A stretch of DNA of 64,000 bases. It comes from a virus (Duplodnaviria > Caudoviricetes). The stretch covers positions 9,208 to 73,207 of the IMG/VR virus record IMGVR_UViG_3300031519_000015. One strand, 5' to 3'. A program made the translations under genes and the position numbers. The notes beneath the pieces were generated by a model. It had not been told where the DNA came from, did no database searches, and worked only from the letters and a program-made list of their open reading frames with translations. Positions 30,715-38,720 of the stretch are shown here, piece by piece. How positions within the stretch are numbered: the stretch's first letter is position 1; every line of letters begins with the position of its first letter.

Positions 30715-31421
30715 CTTATCTTCCTGACCTTTTTTGTTTTTGTTATACTGTCTTTAATCTCTATTGCTCTTATTTCATGATTTAATGTAATCAAATCGTT
30801 TAATGCTTCAAAAATAAACTTTTTTCTGTACCTGCCAGATAGTAGTATATCTTTTAAGGATCTTATTGTTTGTTCGTCACATAAAACTAGCATTTCTTTC
30901 CATTGTTGAGATCCTCCAAAAGAAAAATATTCAACCTGTTTGTTTTTAGTTATGTTTGCTCCAACTTCTACATTGCCATCCTTTACGGATGATACAAATG
31001 CATAACAGCTATCAGTCTTTACTCTGTTTAGCATTCTGGCGTTTATATCCATAGAGGAATCAATTACAACTAACTTTTTATTATAGGTATTATTAAGAGC
31101 TAATCTTAAACTTTCGCAAGAGTTGCTATTTAGATAATTTACATTTTCCACAATCCTTATATTCTGGTTAGGATACTTTTTGTCTATGTATTTTATTAAT
31201 TTGCCAGATTCTAAACCTACGCAAAGCAATATTTCGTTTCTTTTAAATTTTTTGTTTATAACTTTAATTTGTTTATCTAACAGAAACATCTTATATTCCA
31301 ACAAAGGGGCATACAAATTTGGAGTTTTTAATCTATGTCCAGCAAAATCACATAAGAGTATAAAACTGTACATGTCTTCTGAAAAAGATTGTTGACTCTT
31401 TTTTGTAGAAGTTATAGACAT
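30711..31421 (-). CDS. Nucleotidyltransferase-like protein (LicC/NTP_transferase fold, degenerate)
   Basis: EILLCVG...IRIVENVNYLNSNSCESLRLALN...LVVIDS follows the LicC pattern. The N-terminal AAG-x-G-x-R motif is replaced by CDFAGHR. Confidence 0.5.
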   Translation of the reverse strand: MSITSTKKSQQSFSEDMYSFILLCDFAGHRLKTPNLYAPLLEYKMFLLDKQIKVINKKFKRNEILLCVGLESGKLIKYIDKKYPNQNIRIVENVNYLNSNSCESLRLALNNTYNKKLVVIDSSMDINARMLNRVKTDSCYAFVSSVKDGNVEVGANITKNKQVEYFSFGGSQQWKEMLVLCDEQTIRSLKDILLSGRYRKKFIFEALNDLITLNHEIRAIEIKDSITKTKKVRKIR

Positions 31422-31843
31422 TAGCCATTCCTTATAGCTTTGATTTCATATAAAAGCCCATCGAATGTTACTGTATCTATTGTAAAATTATTATGCTCCA
31501 GAACGTAAATTATGTTTTTATGGTCTTGAGCAGATTTGTATTTAAATAATTCTTTATTTACAATTTCTATATTTATTTCATTAGATTTATATACGCTGCA
31601 TAAAAGATCAAAACTTACGCCCCTTATAATTAAAGAACCATTAATCCTTACTTTTCTGAATGATCCGCTTACTAGATCTACAGCTTGTTCATATGGTAAA
31701 CAATCAGCTGCGGATTCCAAAACAATCATTGTGCAGGAACTATCTATTACTTTTTCTATATCTTTATAATTATCTTTTTCTACTAGTAGTTTTTCAAATC
31801 CATCTATTGATGAATCTTTGTCTGCCGTTATTAGTAATCTCAT
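31421..31843 (-). CDS. Short methyltransferase-fold-like protein
   Basis: ADCLPYEQAVDLVSGSFRKVRINGSLIIRG resembles the C-terminal half of class I SAM methyltransferases; no clear SAM-binding GxGxG. Confidence 0.3.
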   Translation of the reverse strand: MRLLITADKDSSIDGFEKLLVEKDNYKDIEKVIDSSCTMIVLESAADCLPYEQAVDLVSGSFRKVRINGSLIIRGVSFDLLCSVYKSNEINIEIVNKELFKYKSAQDHKNIIYVLEHNNFTIDTVTFDGLLYEIKAIRNG

Positions 31844-32364
31844 ACAACTCCCTCATAAAATTGATCAAATAATACTTTCCATTTAACAACAGAATCTTCT
31901 TCTGTTAATACGTAATCATTGTGGTCTATCCCCCAACTGTCTTTTATTTCTTCTGATGTAAATATATTTAAATCTCCAATGTATGTTTTTGCAATTTCCA
32001 TTTGTTGTTCTAGCTTAGTAATATGTTGAGGCTTTGCCTTTTCAACAATAATCAAAGGTATTTCTAAGGCTTTTTTAACTCTTATAGCCTGATGATACTG
32101 TGTAATTTTGTGTTGTATCAAAATCAAGTCAAAATCTAACCAATTGGGTATTGTGTTTTCGCCTAGTATACAATAATTTTCAGGAACTGGATATTCTTCT
32201 TTATCCCACGGTTTTAATGTTGGAGAATTTAAAGCGTAAAAATTATGCCCAGTTTCACAAAGCATTGTTTCATACTCTTCATCAGTTGTTAATATAAGTA
32301 TGTTGCATTTTCTATTTTCTTTAATAGTGTTTGCTTTATATATAATTTTTCTAGCCTTATGCAT
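31840..32364 (-). CDS. Glycosyltransferase-associated hypothetical protein
   Basis: Coupled ORF between glycosyltransferases; FDLILIQ segment resembles a GT-B N-domain. Confidence 0.35.
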   Translation of the reverse strand: MHKARKIIYKANTIKENRKCNILILTTDEEYETMLCETGHNFYALNSPTLKPWDKEEYPVPENYCILGENTIPNWLDFDLILIQHKITQYHQAIRVKKALEIPLIIVEKAKPQHITKLEQQMEIAKTYIGDLNIFTSEEIKDSWGIDHNDYVLTEEDSVVKWKVLFDQFYEGVV

Positions 32365-33466
32365 TTAATGCTTCCTTAATTATATTGCCAACTGTTTCAT
32401 AATTATATTTTTCAGCACGTTTTAAACCATCAGATTTATTTATTGAATTTTTGTTTTCATAATACCATCTCATAGCCTTTTTTGTTTCTAGCTCATCTGG
32501 AGACATCCAGTAATCATCTCCTGTAAATATTTGAGGAAATGCTGGATTCTCATGATTACATATAGAATAAGAAGCAGGAATCAAGTGTCCCGTATTCTTA
32601 TTGTCTTTATCTATGAAGTCTAGTGGTCCACCTTCTTCGGTGCATATTGGAGTATTTCCATGACACATAGCTTCAAAAGCGGGTATAGACCAACCTTCCC
32701 CATGAGAAATGCTGACGTAGCAATCACACGTTTTGTGTAAGCTCTGCATTATTTGCTCTGGAATAAAATCTGTTATTACATTAATTTCTGGATAATGTTC
32801 TTTTTGCCTGTGAACTCTAAGTTTTTCTTTCATGTGTTCTATCGTAGAAATAAATTTATTTTTTAATTCTTCGGGTTTCATTGAACTGTCTGTAATTTTT
32901 AACATTAGAGTAACACGATCAGAGATATCAAATTCTGTTAAATAACACTTCACCAAGGCTTCAATGTTTTTTCTATGATCTGCTGTACCTATAAAATAAA
33001 ATTTAAATTTGTTGGAGGAATTACTAAAATTAAGTGTTTCGTAAGATTTTTTATACAACTCCATATTAAATGCGTAGGGGATAACTTTTGATTCTACGTT
33101 AATTTCTTTCAACATCTGTTGATTATAGTTGTTTGGAACCCAAAGTTCATCTAGTTTTGTGTGTGCTAGAAGAGAGTTGTTTGATTTCACCTTGCTCTCA
33201 AATGGCATAAACAATACATTTTTCTTAAACTTTTTTGTACCCACACAATGAAAAGGAAGTATATGTTGTATACAGTAATCAATTCCTTGTAAGTTGTTTT
33301 TTTCCATACTTTTAACGTCGTCAGGAATGTCAATCATAGTGCTTGAAAGCTGGACATTTCTAGAAACAACATCAACGCCAACACTTTTAAGTGCTAGCAT
33401 GTGATTTAATGCGCCAGCTCCCCAACCAGTATTTTCTCTGTAATGTCCTACGTATAATACTTTCAT
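32357..33466 (-). CDS. GT4 (GT-B) glycosyltransferase
   Basis: MKVLYVG...DCYVSISHGEGWSIPAFEAMCHG (EGxGxPxxEA motif). Confidence 0.85.
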   Translation of the reverse strand: MKVLYVGHYRENTGWGAGALNHMLALKSVGVDVVSRNVQLSSTMIDIPDDVKSMEKNNLQGIDYCIQHILPFHCVGTKKFKKNVLFMPFESKVKSNNSLLAHTKLDELWVPNNYNQQMLKEINVESKVIPYAFNMELYKKSYETLNFSNSSNKFKFYFIGTADHRKNIEALVKCYLTEFDISDRVTLMLKITDSSMKPEELKNKFISTIEHMKEKLRVHRQKEHYPEINVITDFIPEQIMQSLHKTCDCYVSISHGEGWSIPAFEAMCHGNTPICTEEGGPLDFIDKDNKNTGHLIPASYSICNHENPAFPQIFTGDDYWMSPDELETKKAMRWYYENKNSINKSDGLKRAEKYNYETVGNIIKEALNA

Positions 33467-35124
33467 CTTAAATTAAAGACCTCCGCTCTTTTTGTTTCCC
33501 ATAAGTTTATATTTCTTCTCATGCTAACCATTTGGTCATAAGCGATATTAAAGTCAAATGCCGCTCTCTGAGCGATGTTTTCAAAAGCCGCACAACTTTC
33601 ATTAAAGTAAACACCGGCTGTCACTTGAGTTGTGCAAGCGTATTGTAAATCCCTAATTAACCTTGCCATCATATGGCTGTTTATTTTCTCTGGAAGACAC
33701 AAAACATTACCGATAAGAAATGCAGCTAATTCTTGGTGAGCAACGCGAGATGTATCTATTCCTTCTTTTGATGATGGGTTTTTTATTTGAGGAGGAGACA
33801 TCCAAGAATCTTCAGGATTCATTAATTCCACACTGTCAAAATAGTCTTCCCACTTCTTTCCAGATTTTTCCCATTGAAAATGTTTTAAGAAATTATTCCT
33901 AGTTTCAAAACCTAATCTTCTACGTATAGGCTTTGGTTGCTTAAAGAACTCGTATAATGTTTTTGCTGTTAATTCATTATCTGGAACCGCCCTCATGCAG
34001 CCAGTTTCCATTTCTTTATACAAAGACTTTGGCTTAATTGGCATACCACCAAGCTGTCTAATAACACTTTCCATAGCAGAATAGTCAGTTCCAATGACAG
34101 GTACAGCACAAGCAGCCGCTTCTACTTGAGGTAGTCCAAACCCTTCACAGTTGGCGTGTTGTATGTATATGTCAAAAGTATTAATAATATCTGCTAATTG
34201 TTCATACTCTAAGCCTCTTTTAACATTAGAAAGTGGGCAATTATATTTTCCCGTAAATGGTGACTGAGCAACCGCACCTTTAAACAATGAGACAAACGGT
34301 TTGCTAGTGTCTGGACACACGTATGTAAATAACACTCTGGAAGATAAATTATATTGCTGTAGAAGTTCTGGTATGTCCCAACCCATGTCTGGATAACTTG
34401 TGTGACAATAAAGTTTATAATTATGATCATTGTCAACTTTGTCTAGTAATAATCTAAAAGACTCAAATAAGTCTGGATATAATTTCCTTCTTTGATTCCT
34501 CATTACTGTCCCCACAATTTTCCAATCGGGGTCTATTCCTATTTTTTTTCTTACACCATCCTTATCTTCACTTGGAGAATAGGCAGGATGAGCAGACGGT
34601 GGAGAGCTTCCCAAGTAGTTTATTTTACCACCAGATTGGCTTTTTAAAACTTCTCCAGCCCAATCAGAATAAGTAAAACAAGCATCAGCAGATTGGTATG
34701 TTGAAATCCATTGTCTTGCCTGTGGGGCAGCGTCAACGGTAGGCATAACGCACCAATTAAAGAACTTTCTAAAAGGGGATCTTTCTTGAAAGTCTAACAT
34801 CCAAAAATCTCTAATATCACATACTATATCTGGCTGAAAGTCTAAACAGACAGACTCAAAGAAAAATTCTCCAAACTGATTAGTATTCTTTGCGCTAAAG
34901 GCTTGTCTTTGCTGATCTGTGGCGTTTGCTGGCAAAGCAGCTGGATAATACTTCCAAGGTATAGTCGAGGCTCTAGGGTCTTCTGGAGTGCCATAAGCGG
35001 CTAGTTCTGCAATGATATATTTGTTAGTTTGATTTAAATAATTTAATATTTCTCTAGTATACGTAGCATACCCAGTATTTAAGAATGTAGCTTCACTGCA
35101 AAATAATATTCTTTTTTTCCGCAT
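33463..35124 (-). CDS. GT4 (GT-B) glycosyltransferase
   Basis: MRKKRILFCSE...TGYA...RNQRRK...DIYIQHANCEGFGLPQVEAAACAVPVIGTDYSAM. Start moved to MRKK at 35124, just after the ssb stop. Confidence 0.88.
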   Translation of the reverse strand: MRKKRILFCSEATFLNTGYATYTREILNYLNQTNKYIIAELAAYGTPEDPRASTIPWKYYPAALPANATDQQRQAFSAKNTNQFGEFFFESVCLDFQPDIVCDIRDFWMLDFQERSPFRKFFNWCVMPTVDAAPQARQWISTYQSADACFTYSDWAGEVLKSQSGGKINYLGSSPPSAHPAYSPSEDKDGVRKKIGIDPDWKIVGTVMRNQRRKLYPDLFESFRLLLDKVDNDHNYKLYCHTSYPDMGWDIPELLQQYNLSSRVLFTYVCPDTSKPFVSLFKGAVAQSPFTGKYNCPLSNVKRGLEYEQLADIINTFDIYIQHANCEGFGLPQVEAAACAVPVIGTDYSAMESVIRQLGGMPIKPKSLYKEMETGCMRAVPDNELTAKTLYEFFKQPKPIRRRLGFETRNNFLKHFQWEKSGKKWEDYFDSVELMNPEDSWMSPPQIKNPSSKEGIDTSRVAHQELAAFLIGNVLCLPEKINSHMMARLIRDLQYACTTQVTAGVYFNESCAAFENIAQRAAFDFNIAYDQMVSMRRNINLWETKRAEVFNLR

Positions 35125-35125
35125 T

Positions 35126-35440
35126 TCAATCCTCAAATTCTGGGTGACACAGATCAAATTCATTAATTCTAAATACTATATCGTCACTATCTTTGCTAGA
35201 ATTTTTTGCTGTTGCGTGAAATGTTATTTTTGCACCCTTATTTGCAAATCTTTCTAACAATTCTGCCCCGGTATGCCAAGCTTCACAATGTAAATATGTG
35301 GGAATCCTACTCTTTTCTCCAGTACTTTTTGTTTTTCTGTAGTTATAAACAACCACGACAAACTCTGCAAAAACCACATTATTAACAGTGTTGGTCTTAG
35401 GGTTTTCAACTAAGTATCCAGTGAAACAACAATTATTCAT
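35126..35440 (-). CDS. ssb: Single-stranded DNA-binding protein (bacterial-type OB fold)
   Basis: MNNCCFTGYLVENP...FVVVVYN...YLHCEAWHTGAELLERFANKGAKI follows the SSB pattern; short acidic end (PEFED). Confidence 0.75.
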   Translation of the reverse strand: MNNCCFTGYLVENPKTNTVNNVVFAEFVVVVYNYRKTKSTGEKSRIPTYLHCEAWHTGAELLERFANKGAKITFHATAKNSSKDSDDIVFRINEFDLCHPEFED

Positions 35441-35455
35441 ATTTTCTCCTATCTT

Positions 35456-35484
35456 AGTATATTAGCTTGTACAAACAAAAACAA
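35456..35484 (-). promoter_or_regulatory. Sigma70-like promoter upstream of ssb and the glycosylation operon
   Basis: Minus strand TTGTTT-17 nt-TATACT, then RBS aggag, in the intergenic gap after the dnaE C-fragment. Confidence 0.55.
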
Positions 35485-35488
35485 CAAC

Positions 35489-37048
35489 TTAAATCTCATG
35501 AATTTTATCAATTATAAAAGATGTGTCATTCTTGTTTACTGATCCGCAAAAAATTAGATTGTTCCCTTCGTATAATATATATTTATATTTATTCTTTACT
35601 TTTGGAAATATAATAACGCTATCTAGAATGCAAGTGTCATCTTCTATTGTCAAGAATGCCATTAATTGGCCTTTAGACTCACCTTTAGATATTTTATATT
35701 CCGATAGCCTTTGGACGTTACCAACTACGCATAACCCCTTACCCTTCTTTCCATTGACTATATCTTTACAAGTCGTGTTTGCAGCTGATTTATCAGCTAT
35801 GTCAACCCTACTGAGCGTTACGGGACAGCCAAGAAATCTAGTCTCTTGATCTACTATCCAAGACGGGTCGTCTTCTAATTCGTATGGAGGGTCTAGTAAT
35901 AGTTGTATCTCGTTCTCTACAATTTGTTTTCTTGCTATTTTACTTGTGCCGCCACCTTCTTTTTTTGTAGGTGCTAAAGATCTTAAACATCCTACGAAGT
36001 CTGTCCATTTTTTATCTTGATAATTAGATTGAACCCAAGTCTGCTCTGTCTTAGTTAATGTTCTATAAATGTCGTAATCATACATGGCTTTGTTTCTGGA
36101 AACTCTACCATTAAAATCTCTGAAGAAACCAATAGAAGCTAGAGCTTTAAATGCTGTTGAGCTTATTTTGGGGGCAAAGAAAAGTAATATTTCTAACCAT
36201 GTAAACTTCTTTATGGGCTTCTTTAATTCTTCTTCTGATTCTTTGACAGACTCAACTACTTTGTCGCCAGTTTTTCCAGTAAGAGATTTAATATCTTTTA
36301 TTCCAAAATAAACCTTATGTTTCTTTACATTAAATTTAGTATCAAAGTTTGCCAAACTTGGAGTCCTTGCTTCTATTTCAAACAGTTTAGCATCTGATAT
36401 TAGCTCGTATATTTCTTGATGTGGATCTTGTTTTTCATTTGCGTAATAAAGATAGGACAGGAAGAATTCTTCTGTATTGTGAACTTTCTGGTAAGCACTC
36501 CAATAAGAACAAACAGCGTATGATATACTATGAGATTTATTAAATGCGTATCTAGAAGATGCTTGAATCCAACCAAATATTTCTTCTGCCTCTTCTTTGT
36601 TTACAATTTTAGCCTTCTTAGCTCCAGCTATAAACTTTTTCTTAACCTTAGCCATTAAGTCTGCTTTTTTCTTACCAATCGCTTTACGTAATTCATCTGC
36701 TTCTTCAAGATTAAAACCAGCTACCTTTTGAGCAATACGCATGGATTGTTCTTGATATACTAGCACCCCATACGTAGGCAGCAATACATCTTCTAATGAT
36801 TCGTGCAAGTATGTTACTTCTTCACGACCATGCTTGCGATCAATAAAGTGTTGAGTCATAGACTTTCCATCCACGAAAGCTTTTAAGCATCCGGGTCGAA
36901 TAATAGCAATTAAAGCTGACAACTCTTCAATATTATTTGGGGCAAGTTTCTTAGACCAAGACTTACCAAGGTTGCTTTCTAGCTGGAAGACACCCTTGGT
37001 TTTACCTTCTTCAAATAGCTTCCAAGTTTTCTCGTCGTTATATTCCAT
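35489..37048 (-). CDS. dnaE: DNA polymerase III alpha subunit, C-terminal fragment (fingers, HhH, OB fold)
   Basis: TKGVFQLES, LSALIAIIRPG, TYGVLVYQEQSM..AQKVAGF...ADELRKAIGKK, YAFNKSHSISY, ETRFLG, MAFLTIEDDT. Confidence 0.93.
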   Translation of the reverse strand: MEYNDEKTWKLFEEGKTKGVFQLESNLGKSWSKKLAPNNIEELSALIAIIRPGCLKAFVDGKSMTQHFIDRKHGREEVTYLHESLEDVLLPTYGVLVYQEQSMRIAQKVAGFNLEEADELRKAIGKKKADLMAKVKKKFIAGAKKAKIVNKEEAEEIFGWIQASSRYAFNKSHSISYAVCSYWSAYQKVHNTEEFFLSYLYYANEKQDPHQEIYELISDAKLFEIEARTPSLANFDTKFNVKKHKVYFGIKDIKSLTGKTGDKVVESVKESEEELKKPIKKFTWLEILLFFAPKISSTAFKALASIGFFRDFNGRVSRNKAMYDYDIYRTLTKTEQTWVQSNYQDKKWTDFVGCLRSLAPTKKEGGGTSKIARKQIVENEIQLLLDPPYELEDDPSWIVDQETRFLGCPVTLSRVDIADKSAANTTCKDIVNGKKGKGLCVVGNVQRLSEYKISKGESKGQLMAFLTIEDDTCILDSVIIFPKVKNKYKYILYEGNNLIFCGSVNKNDTSFIIDKIHEI

Positions 37049-37556
37049 CGCAACACTCTTCGTTTTTGGTTAAGCACAATGCTTCAAATGTTTTGCATCT
37101 AAAATCTTCAAATTTAGGTATGATATCTTGTTCTATTTTATATCCATAATTTATTGACCCCTGCTTGTTAGTAGGGTGTATATTAACCATTTTAATCCAA
37201 TCTTTTTTTGGTAGTGCATAATACATTACCTTTTGTTTTATTGAGTTGTATACGACCACCCTCAGAGTTCCATGCTTTTCTTTGCCACCATGCGAAACAA
37301 CTCTATCGACTAAGCCTCTTTTTCTATTGTTTATTGTAGAAGATTTACAGTCGCTTCCATCACTAAAATCCATGTGATAAGAATCAATTCTTTCGTATCC
37401 ACCAATATGAGACATGGCTTCTTCTAAAAGAAGAGACACATCAAACCATTCTGCATTAATTTTATTTATGTCAACAGATTCAGCGAAAGTTGGATGATAG
37501 GGCAAAATAACATCTTGTATCAATAATTGTTTTTTTGTTAATTCATTATTTGACAT
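37038..37556 (-). CDS. Putative PD-(D/E)xK-type nuclease / hypothetical protein
   Basis: LLLEE...MDFSDGSDCKS spacing is compatible with a PD-(D/E)xK core. Start reassigned to MSNNEL at 37556, overlapping the exonuclease stop. Confidence 0.4.
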   Translation of the reverse strand: MSNNELTKKQLLIQDVILPYHPTFAESVDINKINAEWFDVSLLLEEAMSHIGGYERIDSYHMDFSDGSDCKSSTINNRKRGLVDRVVSHGGKEKHGTLRVVVYNSIKQKVMYYALPKKDWIKMVNIHPTNKQGSINYGYKIEQDIIPKFEDFRCKTFEALCLTKNEECCDGI

Positions 37557-38226
37557 ACAGATTACCGTTAGCAAACGCCTTGTCCAGTTCAATGTTTTGG
37601 TAGACTGCACGATGAGTCTTCAATAGCTTTATAAAGATATTAGCTGTATCCTTAACATCCTGCAAGGCATCGTGAGCATTATCTGTACTCAAGCCCATAC
37701 GCTCACGCAGCGTGTCCATGCTAATTGATCTAATGCTAGGATCGCCCTCTGTCCACATATGCATATTATCCATAACATCACATTTGTGAATCTTACTGAA
37801 GATCTTTTGTTGTTGCCTGCCTTCATCGAATGGTCCATACTCTTTACATAAGCGATTAATAATAACCATGTCAAATCCTATGATATTAAAGCCTACTGGA
37901 ATAGGATTAAAGAATGGATCTTTCTTCCAATTGTATTTATCCACAAAGGTGCAAAACTTTCTCCATACTGATTTTGCCGTTGGAGCTTTGGCTAGATCTT
38001 TTCTATTCTTCCCAGTTATTTTCAACGCTCCTTCTTCAAGAGGGTCTAACCCAGCAGCAATAGCAGCCTCGTCGTTAATAATAGGTCTAATCTCGCTATT
38101 AAAAGTACCCTTCATGGAAAGGTTGCGACCGTCCAGAGCGAGAGCTGCTAGCTGAGTTGGTTGACATCTGTTAGGGTTGCGTCCACCTGTTTCAAAGTCA
38201 AATACAATAAAGTCTCTATTAGCCAT
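37546..38226 (-). CDS. dnaQ: DEDDh 3'-5' exonuclease (DnaQ/epsilon-like proofreading subunit)
   Basis: ExoI FIVFDFETGG; ExoII VGFNIIGFDM; ExoIII AHDALQDV. Confidence 0.85.
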   Translation of the reverse strand: MANRDFIVFDFETGGRNPNRCQPTQLAALALDGRNLSMKGTFNSEIRPIINDEAAIAAGLDPLEEGALKITGKNRKDLAKAPTAKSVWRKFCTFVDKYNWKKDPFFNPIPVGFNIIGFDMVIINRLCKEYGPFDEGRQQQKIFSKIHKCDVMDNMHMWTEGDPSIRSISMDTLRERMGLSTDNAHDALQDVKDTANIFIKLLKTHRAVYQNIELDKAFANGNLYVK

Positions 38227-38228
38227 AA

Positions 38229-38720
38229 TTAGTCCTTCTTTTCTAGTTTATCTAGTTTATTAATGCTTAGGTTAAAACAATCTGCTTTAACTTTAAAATT
38301 ATTACTTGGATCAATGTCGCCCTTCTTTAGTTTTCTAGCCTGTTTAAAATACTCAGCCTTGTTCTTTTGTCCTAACACCCATGCTTTTACAGGTCTATCA
38401 CCTTCAAATTGTACTCTTACAAAAAGGTAAATATCACATCTTTGTTTTGTATTAAACGCAGCTACTGAACAGTCGTAGTGTGGCTTAGGAGGACTTGTGC
38501 ATCGTTTTGTTTTTACATCATATGTTTTGCCACCACTTACAATATCAAAGTCATAAGTATTAGCTTTAATTCCACCAACACACTCCAAAGCTATCAACTC
38601 TCCTACAAAACCCGCAACGTTACCTTTACCCTTGGTTATAGAATTGTTAAGCTTGCCTAAATCTTTAGCCATTACTCTGGCTTTAACTCTCATATAATCT
38701 GTAACTTCAACCTCTATCAT
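38229..38720 (-). CDS. Putative PD-(D/E)xK nuclease, 163 aa
   Basis: GFVGELIA...YDFDIV....YDVKTK (E...D...DxK) followed by DIYLFVRV. Confidence 0.55.
   Translation of the reverse strand: MIEVEVTDYMRVKARVMAKDLGKLNNSITKGKGNVAGFVGELIALECVGGIKANTYDFDIVSGGKTYDVKTKRCTSPPKPHYDCSVAAFNTKQRCDIYLFVRVQFEGDRPVKAWVLGQKNKAEYFKQARKLKKGDIDPSNNFKVKADCFNLSINKLDKLEKKD

Noticed and set aside
37546-37610. Track start at 37610 for the 190-aa ORF
   Set aside because: The extension overlaps the dnaQ 3' end; MSNNEL at 37556 gives the usual short overlap.
37048-38707. Group I/II intron, split intein or frameshift joining the dnaE halves
   Set aside because: The interval is wall-to-wall ORFs with overlapping start/stop codons. 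There is no Cys/Ser-initiated intein N-part or His-Asn C-part, and the distance is far too long for a frameshift.
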